A stretch of 64,000 nucleotides of DNA, taken from positions 28,458,001 to 28,522,000 of the forward strand of contig OX597817.1 of the NCBI GenBank assembly GCA_951406725.2, given 5' to 3'. A program made the position numbers and the translations under genes. Of this stretch, positions 49,845 to 62,474 are shown in pieces. The notes beneath the pieces are model-generated. The model made no database searches. It was not told the DNA's origin and was given only the letters and a program-made list of their open reading frames with translations. Positions within the stretch are counted from its first letter, which is position 1. Every line of letters begins with the position of its first letter. This DNA is from Octopus vulgaris (lineage: Eukaryota).

Positions 49845-50247
49845 GGTGTAGAGTGGCTGTGTGGTGAGTAGCTTGCTTACCAACCACATAGTTCTGGGTT
49901 CAATCCCATTGTGTGGCACCTTGGGCAAGTGCCTTCTGCTAAAGCCTTGGACCGGCCAAAGCCTTGTTAGTGGATTTGGTAGATGGAAACTGAAAGAAGC
50001 CCATCATGTATATATATATATATATATATAGATAGATATATGTGTGTGTGTATGTGTTTGTGTATCCGTATTTGTCCCTCCTCCCACCATGACTTTACAA
50101 CTGATGCTGGTGTGTTTATGTCCCTATAACTTCGGCAAAAGTGACTGACAGAATAAGTACTCGGCTTACTAAGATTTGCTCAACTAATGGTAGTACTCCA
50201 GCATGGCCACAGTCAAATGACTGAAGCAAATAAAAGAGTAAAAGAAT
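49845..50247 (+). mobile_element. Family A SINE
   Basis: GAGTGGCTGTGTGGTGAGTAGC...GGCACCTTGGGCAAGTG...CCAGCATGGCCACAGTCAAATGACTGAA. Confidence 0.9.
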
Positions 50248-50602
50248 ATTATTACCCTGCCATTCTGCATGCCATTACTTTACAGTTTTCTTATCTAAAG
50301 TACATAACATCTGCTTATAAGCTCCAACATTTAATATATTTGTATTTCATTCTTTGTAGCTTCTTCTCATCCTCATTTTTCACATCTATGTTAAAGTCTC
50401 AAAGAGCTAAGACCTTTTATAAAGTTTGGAAGCAGCTGAAATAATATAAAAAAAACTATTTTGCAAAAAAAAAAAAAACCCAAAGAAATTCCTATTTTAG
50501 CTTCAGTGATATTCCTTATTCTTTAATTCTAATAGTTCTTTTGTATTTCACATCTAAGATCTTGTTTTGCTTGTTACATATTTGTAGTACTTATCAGTAA
50601 CA

Positions 50603-50658
<56 letters not shown>
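50603..50658. repeat. (ATT)n microsatellite
   Basis: Directly visible. Confidence 0.95.
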
Positions 50659-51164
50659 GGCAAATAAATGAAATTATTATTATTATCATTACTTCTCAAA
50701 ACTTTGTTTTGTGTATATGTGAATGTGTGTGTGTGTGTGTGTGTGGTCTGTGTGTATGTAGATATATCTTACCGAATTTTGTTGATTTTTTTTTTCAGTG
50801 TTGTTAGCTCTTATTTTTAATCTAATTTTCATTCCATTGTCACAACTCATATTTAGAGCATCCTTGCTTTATTAGCTATATATGCCAAACAGTTTCCTTT
50901 CATATATCTAATTCTTTAGTAAACTGTTTGCTTGAAATTCAATTGAGCTATTCGTCTTAGCTTCCCTAGTAATCTGTCTTTTGTGTCATAATATTATTGC
51001 ATTATTCCCAACTGGTTTATCTGAGACTTTTCAGGTTAATCTTAATAGAAATTTTACATGAGTGCATATGTATACATTTTGTATGATAGTGTTAGATGGC
51101 CTACTAAGAAGTATGACGATTCTTACTTAAGTTATCTAAGTTAAGTGCAGATTATTGTGTTATT

Positions 51165-52075
51165 GGTTTCAGTCATTGGATTGTGGAGCTACTAGAGTGC
51201 CATCTTCAAGAGTTTTATTTTATTGTATTGATCTCAGGACTTACGTTAGTCTGATTCTTTTCCATGTTAATCTCAATTTGTAGAACCTCTAAGTTATAGG
51301 ACATAAAGGAATAATATTACTACATCAGAAACACACATTTACAGGCAAGCATGCAAACGTACATATAGGTGTAGGAGTGGTTGTGTGGTAAGTAGCTTGC
51401 TTACCAACCACATGGCTTTGGGTTCAGTCCCACTGCGTGGCACCTTGGGCAAGTATCTTCTATTATAGCCTTGGGCTGACTAAAGCCTTGTAAGTAGATT
51501 TAGTAAATAGAAACTAAAAGAAGCCCATCGTGTGTGTGTGTGTGTGTGTGTGATATATATATATATATATATTTTTTATTCTATCTAGTTTCAGCTCACG
51601 AGCTGTGGCCATGCTGGGGCACAGCCATTTGGTGTTGCTACATAATTTTACTTCATGAATATGTATATATGTGTGTCTGTGTGTGTGAGTGTGTGTGTAT
51701 CTGTGTGTGTGTGTTTGTTTGTATGTCTGTGTTTGTCTCCTCCACCATTGCTTGACATCCAAGTTTGGTGTGTTTATGACCCGTAACTTAGCAGTTCAGC
51801 AAAAGAATAAGTACTAGCCTTACAAAGAATAAGTACTGGGGTCAATTTGCTCAACTAAAGGCGGTGCTCCAGCATGGCCAAAGTCAAATGACTGAAACAA
51901 GTAAAAAAATAAAAGAATACATACATACATGCTGACACAACTCACAAAGAGGTTTCTGCACAATTTCCACTTATCATATTTTACTTATGAGGCATGGATC
52001 AGTCTGTGGCCAAAATGCATTGTGAGATTGAACCTGTAACCATTTGCTGTGAAACAAACATCTTAACCATGCCGG
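51165..52075 (-). mobile_element. Very old family A-related SINE interrupted by a younger copy
   Basis: Left piece GTTTCAGTCATTGGATTGTGG...CTAAGTTATAGGACATAAA (51165-51310); right piece GAGATTGAACCTGTAACCAT...CTTAACCATGCC (51930-52075). Confidence 0.5.
51368..51918 (+). mobile_element. Family A SINE with a nested inverted SINE-tail fragment
   Basis: Full head and tail. The internal microsatellite carries TAGTTTCAGCTCACGAGCTGTGGCCATGCTGGGGCAC (about 51572-51650), an antisense copy of a related 3' end. Confidence 0.88.
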
Positions 52076-53144
52076 TTTTGCTTGTACTACTACATATGCT
52101 AAATGAAAAGTATATATCTGTTCATGTAACTATATGCATCTGTACAAAATCATGCTTGATTTTTATGTCAGTGTATATGCATCTAAATGTATACATGGCT
52201 AATCTCAGTATTTCTGTTTGAGATACATACATTAAATTGTATGTGTGTATGTGTGACCACATCGAATTTGTTTTGTTTCTATATGTTTTCAAATACTCTT
52301 GCATGTGCTATTACCATATCGAGGAAGATTTTTTAAAATAACACGAATTAAGAAACAGTATCATATTTGAACATTCTCTTTAATTTAGTGCATTTTACTT
52401 TGTACTTATTTCATTTTGTTCTAAGATGCTTGTCTCGTTGGTATTTCATTTTCACAATGCTTTGATTTGCTGATATCTTTAACTATTCAGTAGCACTGAA
52501 ACTGAAAAAGCAAACTATAGTAGCTTGTGAATATCTTGCTGAATTCCTGAAAAATATTACTTCAAAGATTGCTGGGGAAATTTCAAAGTATATATTTAGA
52601 AATCACAATAGAAGAAGAAAATTCATGTCTTTTAGTTGTTTTATTAAGTATGTGTGTGTGAAGCAAAGCTTTTTGATATGTTAATTTCTTAATAGCTGAT
52701 TTAATTGTGCAATTGATTGCATATCATTTACAAGATTTATACATAATTTTACAATTTTCTATTATTGTGAATAAAGTAAATCCTTAGCATCATTACGAGG
52801 TCATATGCATGCTGTCTGTTTTGTTTCCTTGTCACGACATAAATGCTACTATGGAGTGGGAAAATTGTATGCATGCCAGAGATATATGATTAGAATAAAG
52901 TTTAAATAGATTATTGGTGTCTTATAAATACAGGGTAAAGAAAAACAATGTGGTCATAGGGAATTTTGTTTTCATTATTTATTATTAATGGCTCATTACT
53001 GAGCCATTACTTATAAGTTTGAAAATAGCTAATGATGGTATTGTATATATTTCAAGCCTTTACTAATTCAAAAGGCCAAAATCCATTATTTCAAATATAG
53101 AATATCACATTGGCTACAAAGCTATTTATAAGAGATTAACTTTC

Positions 53145-53510
53145 TAAGGGAAATAACTATATAAGCATTTTTAGAGATGTAAAGTATAATAGCCATCTCA
53201 ATATGGCTAACCACAAAGGGAGGGGGTGTTACTGTAGCTTTTTACGTCCTGAGATTTAATAATACATTTTTAGAGAGTTACTTCTCTTATATAATAGCAA
53301 AAAAATGCATTAAAAATGGGAAAAAATTATGGTAAATTTTTTTTTAAATCGTAGACTCACCGTAGACATGCGCTAATACCCAGAAGGGCTCGATATGAAT
53401 CACGACTATAAGATAACCGCTTTTGGTTACACTGCACCGCAAAATATGGGAGTAGTTAGGAATCTAAATCGTAGGAGACAGACACACAACTTCACTTTTA
53501 TATATAAAGA
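53145..53510 (-). mobile_element. Non-autonomous Helitron, 3'-truncated
   Basis: Near-identical to 15361-15717, with the 5' A^TC end intact but no hairpin or CTAG. Flanked by AGATTAACTTTCTAA on both sides. Confidence 0.85.
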
Positions 53511-53954
53511 TTAACTTTCTAAATATATTTTAGAGTGTATTTTTTATTGAGATAGATCAAGGCAATATATTCTACTAGTCTGGACTAAATTCATTATGTT
53601 TTGGAATTAGAGCCATATAACAAGTGTTGAGAAAGATACTATACTTTCTTAGTGAATGAACATTATACTGATCTTATACTTTGGATACTATTTCTGTTTG
53701 GACTACTAGAGCCCACAATTATATTTTGTAAAACTTTATTAAGAAATTCTTCTCTAAATTGATAGACTTTCTACCTTTTAAATCACTTAAACTATCCTTT
53801 TTTAAATTTTGATGACTCCATTCCTCTTTAACTTAAATTAATTGGAGCACTCTTAGTTTTCTCTTGTAACACTTTTGCTTTGTCATGTTTTCCAGTTAAT
53901 TCTGTAAGTAGGATACAAAATCCTTTCCATCATAAGAAAAATTCTCCTCCTCTA

Positions 53955-54630
53955 CCTGTCCCCTCCACCTTTTTCTCAGTCTACCTCGCTTTCATGCCCC
54001 ATTTATCTTAAATGCCATCACCCTCCTCAGAACATACCCTTCATCCCTCCTCAACACATGTCCATACCACCTCACTCCATTCGCCCTTGACAACCATTCC
54101 ACTGATTCTTCCAACCCCCAGCATTCCCATCAAATCCTCAGTCCTCCTCATATCAAAACAGCTTCACCCCACACATTTTTCTCACCATTGCTCTCTCAGT
54201 CCTTCTCAAAATTGCCATCTCTCTCTCAGAAGCTATATCTGACTCCCATACAGCTCTTATAGACCCTTCCTTTTATCTTTAATGACAATCTTTTCCCATA
54301 TAACAGTGCTCCACATTCCTTGAATTTCACCCAGCCAAGTCTGACTCTTGCTGTCACAGCTGCTTCACATCCACCACTTACATCCACCCTATCTCCAAAA
54401 TAACAAAACTCTCTCACCATTTCCAACTCATCACATAGCGTTCCCACTGGTTTTGCCAGCCCTCCAGCTCCTTTCTCACATCTTCCACAAACAAACTCTC
54501 TCACCAGTCTTGGAGTCACCTTCATTTTTGTACATCTACCATGAATACATTTCTCACATCTCGTACACAACACTGCATTTGCCATTACCCACCTCCCACA
54601 TACACCACATGGGTCCACCTTACTAACATG
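53955..54630 (-). mobile_element. RTE LINE fragment with PHD-like finger
   Basis: DPCGVCGRWVMANAVLCTRCEKCIHGRC...FVCGRC (C4HC3), EMVREFCYFGD, TARVRLGWVKFKE, LSLKIKGRVYKSC, then LRRTERAMVRKMCGV and GVRWYGHVLRR. Confidence 0.9.
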
Positions 54631-54899
54631 GATCCACCTTACTCACTAGCACATGACATTTAGAAATTCACTTAGGTGGACAATCACCTTAACCACTAAC
54701 TAGATGTTGCTGTATATTACAATGATACAGCCTCAAAAGATGGGGACAAAAATAGCTTCCGTGAAGACAACTGCTGAGTATTGATGTTTGACCATATCAA
54801 AAACTTTCACTTGAGATAAACTCATCAGGGCTCCACACACGGCAACCTCTCTATGATGTATCACATGAGATAGAGGTTGTTTTAGATAAATTGTTCAGC

Positions 54900-55260
54900 T
54901 TGACACATTTTGCACATTTGCATTTTCATGCTGAGTTAAGCCAGATGGGTCAGTAGTATGGCAGAATTTTACTTCTCTTGATCTTCCAGGGCCTAACATT
55001 TTGAGATCAGTCTTATCACTTTTGTATATCTTGGCTTTTCTCTACAGCTTTCATTGCCAAAAGATGGTACTTTTATGTTCAGTGTATGTTATGTCCATAC
55101 CACTGCAGTTTTCTCTTCTGCATATTTTGGCTGATGCCTTTCATGATCTGCCATACTCAGTTCACTTTTTTCTCTCCCTTTTGTGCAATGTGACCTTACA
55201 TGTTAAAAAGTAAATGTTATTGTCTCCATAAACTTATATGGTGTCATCTCTATTACTGGT
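54900..55260 (-). mobile_element. Degraded RTE LINE 3' fragment
   Basis: Minus strand QKRKLQWYGH at about 55090-55121 and DLKMLG further downstream. Confidence 0.5.
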
Positions 55261-57126
55261 GATTTTATGAATCAATTTCCAACTCTCACTATTTTGTTTG
55301 CCAGAATTATTCATAGCTTACCAATTACCATGAAATTGGGTCATGGTAATTTCATCTTCACTTCATTATCTTTATTCTTATTTTATTCTGATGGTAATAA
55401 CAAGAAAATATTTGCTTCAAAACTTCATGAATTACTCACAAAAATTCAGTTATATAAACAAACCACATTACTCTTTCTCATAACCTTATGATATGGACAG
55501 CCTGATAGTAGTTACGTTGTTGCTGAAATTGTTCTCTCTATGTAAAGTTTCTGTCATTTGATTCCACAGAAAATAATCAGGCACTTACTGCCATATGATA
55601 GGAATCATAATTCCATGCATGTGGGATTATATTATTGGTTATTTAACAGCTGACATACTACCCACTTTATAATATAAATAATATGACAATATACTTCCCA
55701 TTTATAATATATTTACTCTGTGCTTCTATCTTTTTATTCACTGAATGAGTATAATGATTGTCGGCCTTACTTTCCCTACCCTGTAACAAGAAATAAAAGT
55801 GAAAAAATAATTCAAAACAGCATAACAACTGTAATACACATTATTCCAGCACTTAAGCTGTAAAATCACCTTAGTTCTGATGCAGTTTATTGTTGAGTTT
55901 GTGTATAATAACTAATAAAACAACATCCATGTCTTCCACAGTACCTCGTATGCTGTTCCTATTTGTTTTGTTACATCCTTGCCATTTCCCACTAATCTTA
56001 AACTCTTCCTTTAATGTTGAATATATTTTTTGCACAAACCTTTTCATCTGTTCCTCATCTTTAGAACAATTTTAGATGGCACTAAATACTTTTCTTGGGA
56101 AAGTATATGCTTTCTTTTTTGTTTTAGCTGAATCTTCTGAAAGAACTTGTATTAATTTTAATGACTGCCTGTGTAGAATAAGTTTGAAAGTATTGAATTT
56201 TTTTTTTTTAGGTGTGAATCAATTTTAGTATGTATATATTAAGGGAAATTTAATGTGATTTTGTCTACAAGCCAATACAGTGACTGCTCATACTATTTTC
56301 TTGGTTCCTTTTCAACTTGGGGAACTAAACAAATTGTACTTGTTTTCAATAACCTTGAAGCTTTATGCACTTTTCCTTTTTAAAGCTGTGACAGTTAAGT
56401 AAGTAGGAATTAAATATAGGTTACTATGCTGCAATCATTCAAATCCAAGTAAATATCAAGTGAGCAAATTAAGCATTGAATTTCTTTAAGAAATGGCAGA
56501 TTACTGCTATCTTCAGCAGTATTTATTATAAGACATTTTTCAACAAACTCACTGCTCTTTCTTCCTCTCTTTGTTACTGTGTCAAATACTTAGACGCTAA
56601 ATAGAATTAGAAATGTTATAGTTACGATATGTTATATTATTTAGATATTAATCAAAGGTATGTTTCTTTTCAAATACTCTTTGATGTATGAAATAAAGAT
56701 TCAGCTTCTCTTTGCATTAAAAGAAGAAAATTTGTGGATATTTTCTAATCGTTTTTCAATCCTTCATGTGTTGTTATGTTATATCACTTGAATAATATTA
56801 GGTGTTATTCAATAAATATATCGATGTCTGGGATATTATTATTGTTTCTTATATTTGCGAAAGACTACAAATTTATGAAGAAGTGCTATATTTAATCGAA
56901 TTAACTACTGTAACACATAACAGATTACTTTTACTGGCCCTGGGGAGATGAATGCAAATACAAAGTTTGTCAAGAGAAAGATAACCCTACAACTTTTATT
57001 TGAATATTAGTCAAAAAGGATTCAGATAACTCAGTTGATTTAATTATTTATTTTTTGCTAGTGTAACTGACGCTGTGTTTGAACTTTTATCATTAAAATA
57101 ATGCCTGAAGAAAGAGGGATTAGACA

Positions 57127-57290
57127 AGTTGTTTAGCCCCAGTTAAGCTTTAATCATGCAAATTTAACAGAGGTGCTCCAACTTTGGCCATTCTGTCTTA
57201 TTGTATATGTAGGATTACTTTACGTTGTGATTTAAAGCAATTTAACCACTATTTCAAGCAGGTCAGGTGACTGCATAGATACACCCATTT
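57127..57290 (-). mobile_element. Old dispersed repeat (SINE-like), degraded
   Basis: GTTGTTTAGCCCCAGTTAAGCTTTAATC...CTATTTCAAGCAGGTCAGGTGACTGCATAG; same family as 12580-12800. Confidence 0.45.
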
Positions 57291-57959
57291 TGATTTACTG
57301 AGGCAAGTCATTATTATAAGAATAACAATGGGAGATGTGAATATATCTAAATTTAAGTAAATGCAATTTAGCAACAGCAAGTACAGAAAATTAAATTGAT
57401 ACAATTTCTAAACACAATTAAGAGAGTGTGCGAGAGAGAGAGAGAGAGAGAGGTGTATGTGTTTGAGAGAAAGAGATTGTGTGAGAGAGAGAGAGAGAGA
57501 GTGTATAGTTCAGCATTTAGTGAGTTGGGCGAATGTTGATTAAGGCTGACCTATTAGATGAATGATTATTCTTGGATGTGTTCCAGGTCAGAGCTGTATA
57601 TGCATCTATATGTGCAGTTATATGTCTTTAAGTCAGCATGTGAAAATGACTGCATAATATTCCACAGATTATTTAGCACGTGCTTGATAAAAATGTTTTC
57701 TTGAGACATCTTGATACCATATCAATATTCAAGGGTGAATTTTACATTTGAAGAATGCTAATTTATCACTTAATACATTACCAAAAAGCTGATATCTAGT
57801 CTTAGTAGTTTGTTAAAATGCTGTAAAGTACTTTGATACCTTCTCTCTCTGATTCCCCAACAAAGAATTTCATGACAGTCAGGATCAATCTGGAAGCTGG
57901 TGTGGCAAATAGCCTGTACCATTTTACCAATATAGTTCATGCTGGCAATTGAGGTCATC

Positions 57960-58990
57960 TTGAAAGTAGTGATGAGTTGTCTGGCAGACCTTGCAAGTGG
58001 ATACCAAACTCCCTTTCAATTGATGATTCACCAATTCTTTGCATAAAGGAGGATGAAATATGTAAAATACTGAAGCAGATAGAAGAGTCAGTTTCCTCAT
58101 CTAGAATGAATCCAAATGATTCACAAAGCCTCTCAGGAAAGGGAATGATAAAGTCATGTTCATAGTAGCCAACCATCTTATTCCAAGAATGGTTGAATAA
58201 CCAGTCAAGAGTTTTGGAAGTTGGTATGATGATTCTTTGAATTATACAAAGAGTAGGGAATGAGACCAAAGAAATGGCAGAGGAAAGATTGCAGGCTATT
58301 GATCTATACGAAGTCTGGTGTCCTGCCAGACTTTACTGGCCTGCAATATTAGCACAAGTATAATGGAAATGTGGGAAGCAAAGATCAACAAGTACATAAG
58401 AAAATGGTTTAGCACCCCACCTGGTTTTACAGTTGTTGCTCTTTAATTTCATAAGAAGTGGAACATGTCCTGAGCTCATGCAAAATGATTCTAACCCAAA
58501 AGAAGTATAAATAGAAGCACAATCAATTGCTTAAAGTGATCATACAAGGAAAAACTACACTTCCAGAATCTCCACTAATTTTCTATGTGGTATGACGCAG
58601 AAAATTGTGACCTGGAAGAATTACATCAGTTGGATCATGGAATAATGGTTGACTGAATGGAGTGGATAACTGGAAAATGTAAAATAGACTTTCCTAAATG
58701 AAAAAATTATCAGCAAGGATGGCATGAAAATAAATTTTGTACTTTATTCATTTCCATCAAAACAAGTGGTTCTGAATGAACTCCTTGTACAATGTAAAAT
58801 CAGAAGCATGACAATTTATCCAATAGTTTGAGAGACTATTGTAAGCTAAAGAGCTTACCATAGAAGTAGGAATGAAGGTTTTTCACAAATCTGCCTATGA
58901 TTTTGTGAAATGGTTCTCAGTTTCTGGGGAGAAGAGAACCAGAGGGCATTATTTACTCTATATACAACAGGTGTCCCATAAAAAAAGTGG
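57960..58990 (+). mobile_element. Old, internally deleted HERO-clade retrotransposon (RT to endonuclease)
   Basis: SIDDSPILCIKEDEICKILKQIEE..RMNPNDSQSLS (cf. FMDDLTILC..RMKFKPKKSRSLS), IPRMVE*PVKSFGSWYDDSL, RLYWP, EAKINKYIRKWFSTPPGFTVVAL and IEVG at ~58860. Boundaries approximate. Confidence 0.75.
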
Positions 58991-59644
58991 TTACAACATC
59001 CATGGTAATTTGGCTTTGGGGCACCTAGGCATCCAAGAAGGTGTAGGTTAGAACACAACAATAGTATAAAATATGCAGCAGCAGAGAGGGATAGCTAATA
59101 GTCTTGACTTGGATTTTGCCTGGTATCCTTAGAGTGTAAGGAGTCAAGGGCTGAAATACTTCTATAAAGAAGGTGGTTTCTGCTCTGAAAATCTGCTGTT
59201 CAGCACCTCCTAGTGTTTTTTTTTTACTACCTAGTATATGTTTTTTTATTTGATTTTTGCATATATATTCATAAACTGAGTGTAACATGCATAGAAGTTA
59301 TCAAGTTATGAGCTAGTATTCAATATCTTCTCCATTCAGCTGTCTTATATCTATACATAACACACATTCTGAATTGACTTACATTCAGCTTATAAACACT
59401 GTAAATTTTGGTTCATATCAATGCTGTATATACCTTTGTGTGTTTATGATTTTGTGTCTTTTCTTTAAAATCATCAGGTGTTACCCTCTCAGATTTCAAA
59501 TATATGATGTGTATCTACTTTTGTTTATATTTACCATCCATATTTATACCTTTACAGTAAAAACTATTTGTATTGCTTTTCCTACTTAAATCATATTGTG
59601 TTAGCATTCCTGTCTATTCCACCCCAATCCCCCCACCCCCAAAC

Positions 59645-60042
59645 TCTCTTTCTCTCTTTACTAGTTTCAGTCATTTGACTGCGGCCATGCTGGAGCACCG
59701 CCTATTAATCGAGCAACTCGACCCCAGGACTTATTCTTTTGTAAGCCTAGTACTCATTCTATCGGCCTCTTTTGCCGAACCGCTAAGTGACGGGGACATA
59801 AACACACCAGCATCGGTTGTCAAGCAATGCTGGGGGGACAAACACAGACACACAAACACACACACGCATATATATACACATATACGACGGGCTTCTTTCA
59901 GTTTTCGTCTACCAAATCCACTCACAAAGCTTTGGTCGGCCCGAGGCTATAGTAGAAGACACTCGCCCAAGGTGCCACGTAGTGGGACTGAACCTGGAAC
60001 CATGTGGTTGGTAAACAAGCTGCTTACCACACAGCCACTCCT
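59645..60042 (-). mobile_element. Family A SINE, full length, young
   Basis: Collinear with 38448-38841; CpGs retained. Confidence 0.92.
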
Positions 60043-60339
60043 AGCATTTCAAATATAAAAATCTTAACATTATCATTCCTCCAGTTATTTAGTTTTTCTA
60101 TTTAGTTAGTAATCTTTTCCAGTCCTTTAGAAATAAATGAAGTTCATATCATCCCATATGTGCAAGGATGTATCACACATGCATGTAGAAGTGATAGTCA
60201 GTATTCTTTTCAAATAATGGCTTGTAGAATTAAAATAGTTAATGGATATGACTATCAACTGGAAAAGATTGAATTCAAACACAGCTGGCATTTGGGCATG
60301 TACTTAGGCAGGTATCTACTTATTTTAATTTACATTTAT

Positions 60340-61030
60340 AATAATGAAATTATAGTATACAGTGCTCAGGTGCACCACAACTTGTCAGAAAGTGCATATA
60401 AAGTACATGCAGTAATGTAGAAATGTCTGGAAAGTGAACATGCTTGTGTGTGTATCAAGTGTAGTGTTGGCGAATCTCAGGAAGCATGGAAGTTTTGAAG
60501 GATGCAGTGCTCCGACAACTAACAACCGATGCCGGCAGTTTGTTCCATGCTTCAGCAACTCTCAGCGTGAAAAAATGTTTCCTGAAGTCATGGGAGCTGT
60601 GCTGTTTTCTTACTTTGTAAATATGTCCACGGGTGTTAGATGGGTGGAGTTTGAAGAGGTGCTCAGAGTTATTGTTTGTGCGATGGTTGATAATTTTATG
60701 GGTGTCTGCCAAGTCAGCTGCCAGACGTCGGAGTTTCAATGTGTCCATGCCCAGGGAAGTAAGGCGTTCAGGATATGGCAAATGCCTGATGGAGGGTATT
60801 CTTTTGGTTGCACGTCGCTGAACAGCTTCCAGACGATTGATGTCCTGGGCAAGATAGGGGTTCCAGACCGGTGATGCAAATTCCAGGTGAGGTCTTACCA
60901 TAGCTATATAAAGCCGTAGATAGATAGCTGGAGAGCGGCTCACAAAGGACTTGGTGAGTGATGCCAAGACACCCTCAGCCTTCTTGACAATTTTAGCGAT
61001 GTGTTTTGTCCAACGCAAATCACTGTCGAC
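60340..61030 (-). mobile_element. CR1-group LINE, 5'-truncated, uninterrupted ORF end
   Basis: 187-aa ORF 60455-61018: WTKHIAKIVKKA..LYIAMVRPHLEFASPVWNPY..LEAVQRRATKRI..YPERL..LKLRRL..NTRGH..HFFTLRVAEAWNKLP..FK, the typical CR1 post-RT region. Confidence 0.92.
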
Positions 61031-61084
61031 ATATCTGACTTCAATAAGCTGTTGGAGATATATGCATAATCATCTCATAATATT

Positions 61085-61295
61085 GGTTTCAAATTTTGGT
61101 ACAAGGCCAACAATTCTGAAGGAGAGGATAAATCGATTACATTGATCCTGGTGCTCAACTGGTACCTATTTTATCAATCTCAAAAGGATGAGAGGCAAAG
61201 TTAACCTTAGTGGGATGTGAACTCAGAATGTTAAGACAGACAAAACATCACCTAACATTTTGCCGAGTGTGCTGACAATTCTGCCAATTCACAAA
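61085..61295 (-). mobile_element. Family D (Deu/Nin) SINE
   Basis: GGTGCTCAACTGGTACCTATTTTATCAATCTCAAAAGGATGAGAGGCAAAG...GAACTCAGAATG...ATTCTGCCAATTC; reverse complement of 36846-37032. Confidence 0.82.
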
Positions 61296-62474
61296 CTTGA
61301 TTATATCATAATATTAACTGTGATAGATAAAAGTCCTTTCAAACAGTACTAACATGCTTTGGAAAGCATATTATTACTATCTGAATAAGGTGAACATTTT
61401 GTTTTTATTTATTACTCGTCAGAAAAGTATTGTCTCAAAAGATAGGTTTATGATAAGATAATTAACAGAAACTAAGCAGCCAGAAAACTCAAGTTTGCTA
61501 TTTACTCTTAGCTTATGGGAGGTAACTCATAAATCAATCATTCTGAATGGTAGAAACTAATTTGAGTTGATCAAGCAGCTCAAAATTTTGACATTGTTTT
61601 GAATGAAGTCATTGGAACATATGATGAGAATCTAATTTCTCGTGAAACTTGATAAAATTCCTATAAAACTGTCTGAATTTCAATACGGAATATCTTGAAC
61701 ATCTTTCTTTTGTCAGCTTGCCAAACATTTCAGTCACAAAAACACGATGGAGTAAATAAAATATTCTGTTGATTCTTACCATAAGAAAATAATTGTGTTT
61801 GATGAGAATGCTTTTGAAAATAACTTGAGATTTAGACGATTTATCTCGAAAACTGCCTGTTCATAATTGCTCTTGTTAATTTTTCTTATCATGCAGTTTA
61901 GTCATTAGGAAAAGTTCTTATTACTCCTTCATATTTTCCATGTTGATTCTGAAGAAGTGGATTATTATAAAAATGAAATGTAAATCTATTATCGCTTACA
62001 AATTCTTCAATTTTTCACATTTTAATAGGAACAATGAAAAATAAAAAGACTTCCATGGTGCAATGATCCAATTAGTTGCAAATTAGCAGATTTTGTTTAA
62101 CATTAAAATGAAACTTACTAAGAGGAAAATTGCAGAAAGGTTATCTGAGAATTTTACTAAATTAAAATTGCTATCACAAAATCTATTCTATAACATGAAT
62201 TAAAACCCACAAGTAGCAACTTATAATAAACTGTAGTACTCAAACATAATACCCATCATGAATGTGTGAATAAATTTAGTTTATAGACAAGCGATTTATT
62301 TCATTAGAAGGTTCTGGTATGTTAAATTTATCTCAAGAACTTTAAATCCTTATTCTGAAGAATAAGAATTTAAGACAAATTATTTATTTCCACTTTGTTT
62401 TTTAAGCGTGATATGATGAGTATTTCTTCTTCACTACATCTACAAGTGTACATTGCTGTCCATTTAGTTAATGA

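Noticed and set aside
52986-53009. 10-bp hairpin TAATGGCTCA-TTAC-TGAGCCATTA
   Set aside because: Short and AT-rich, with no supporting context.
60455-61018. 187-aa ORF as a host gene
   Set aside because: It is the C-terminal part of a 5'-truncated CR1 ORF2, with no real start.
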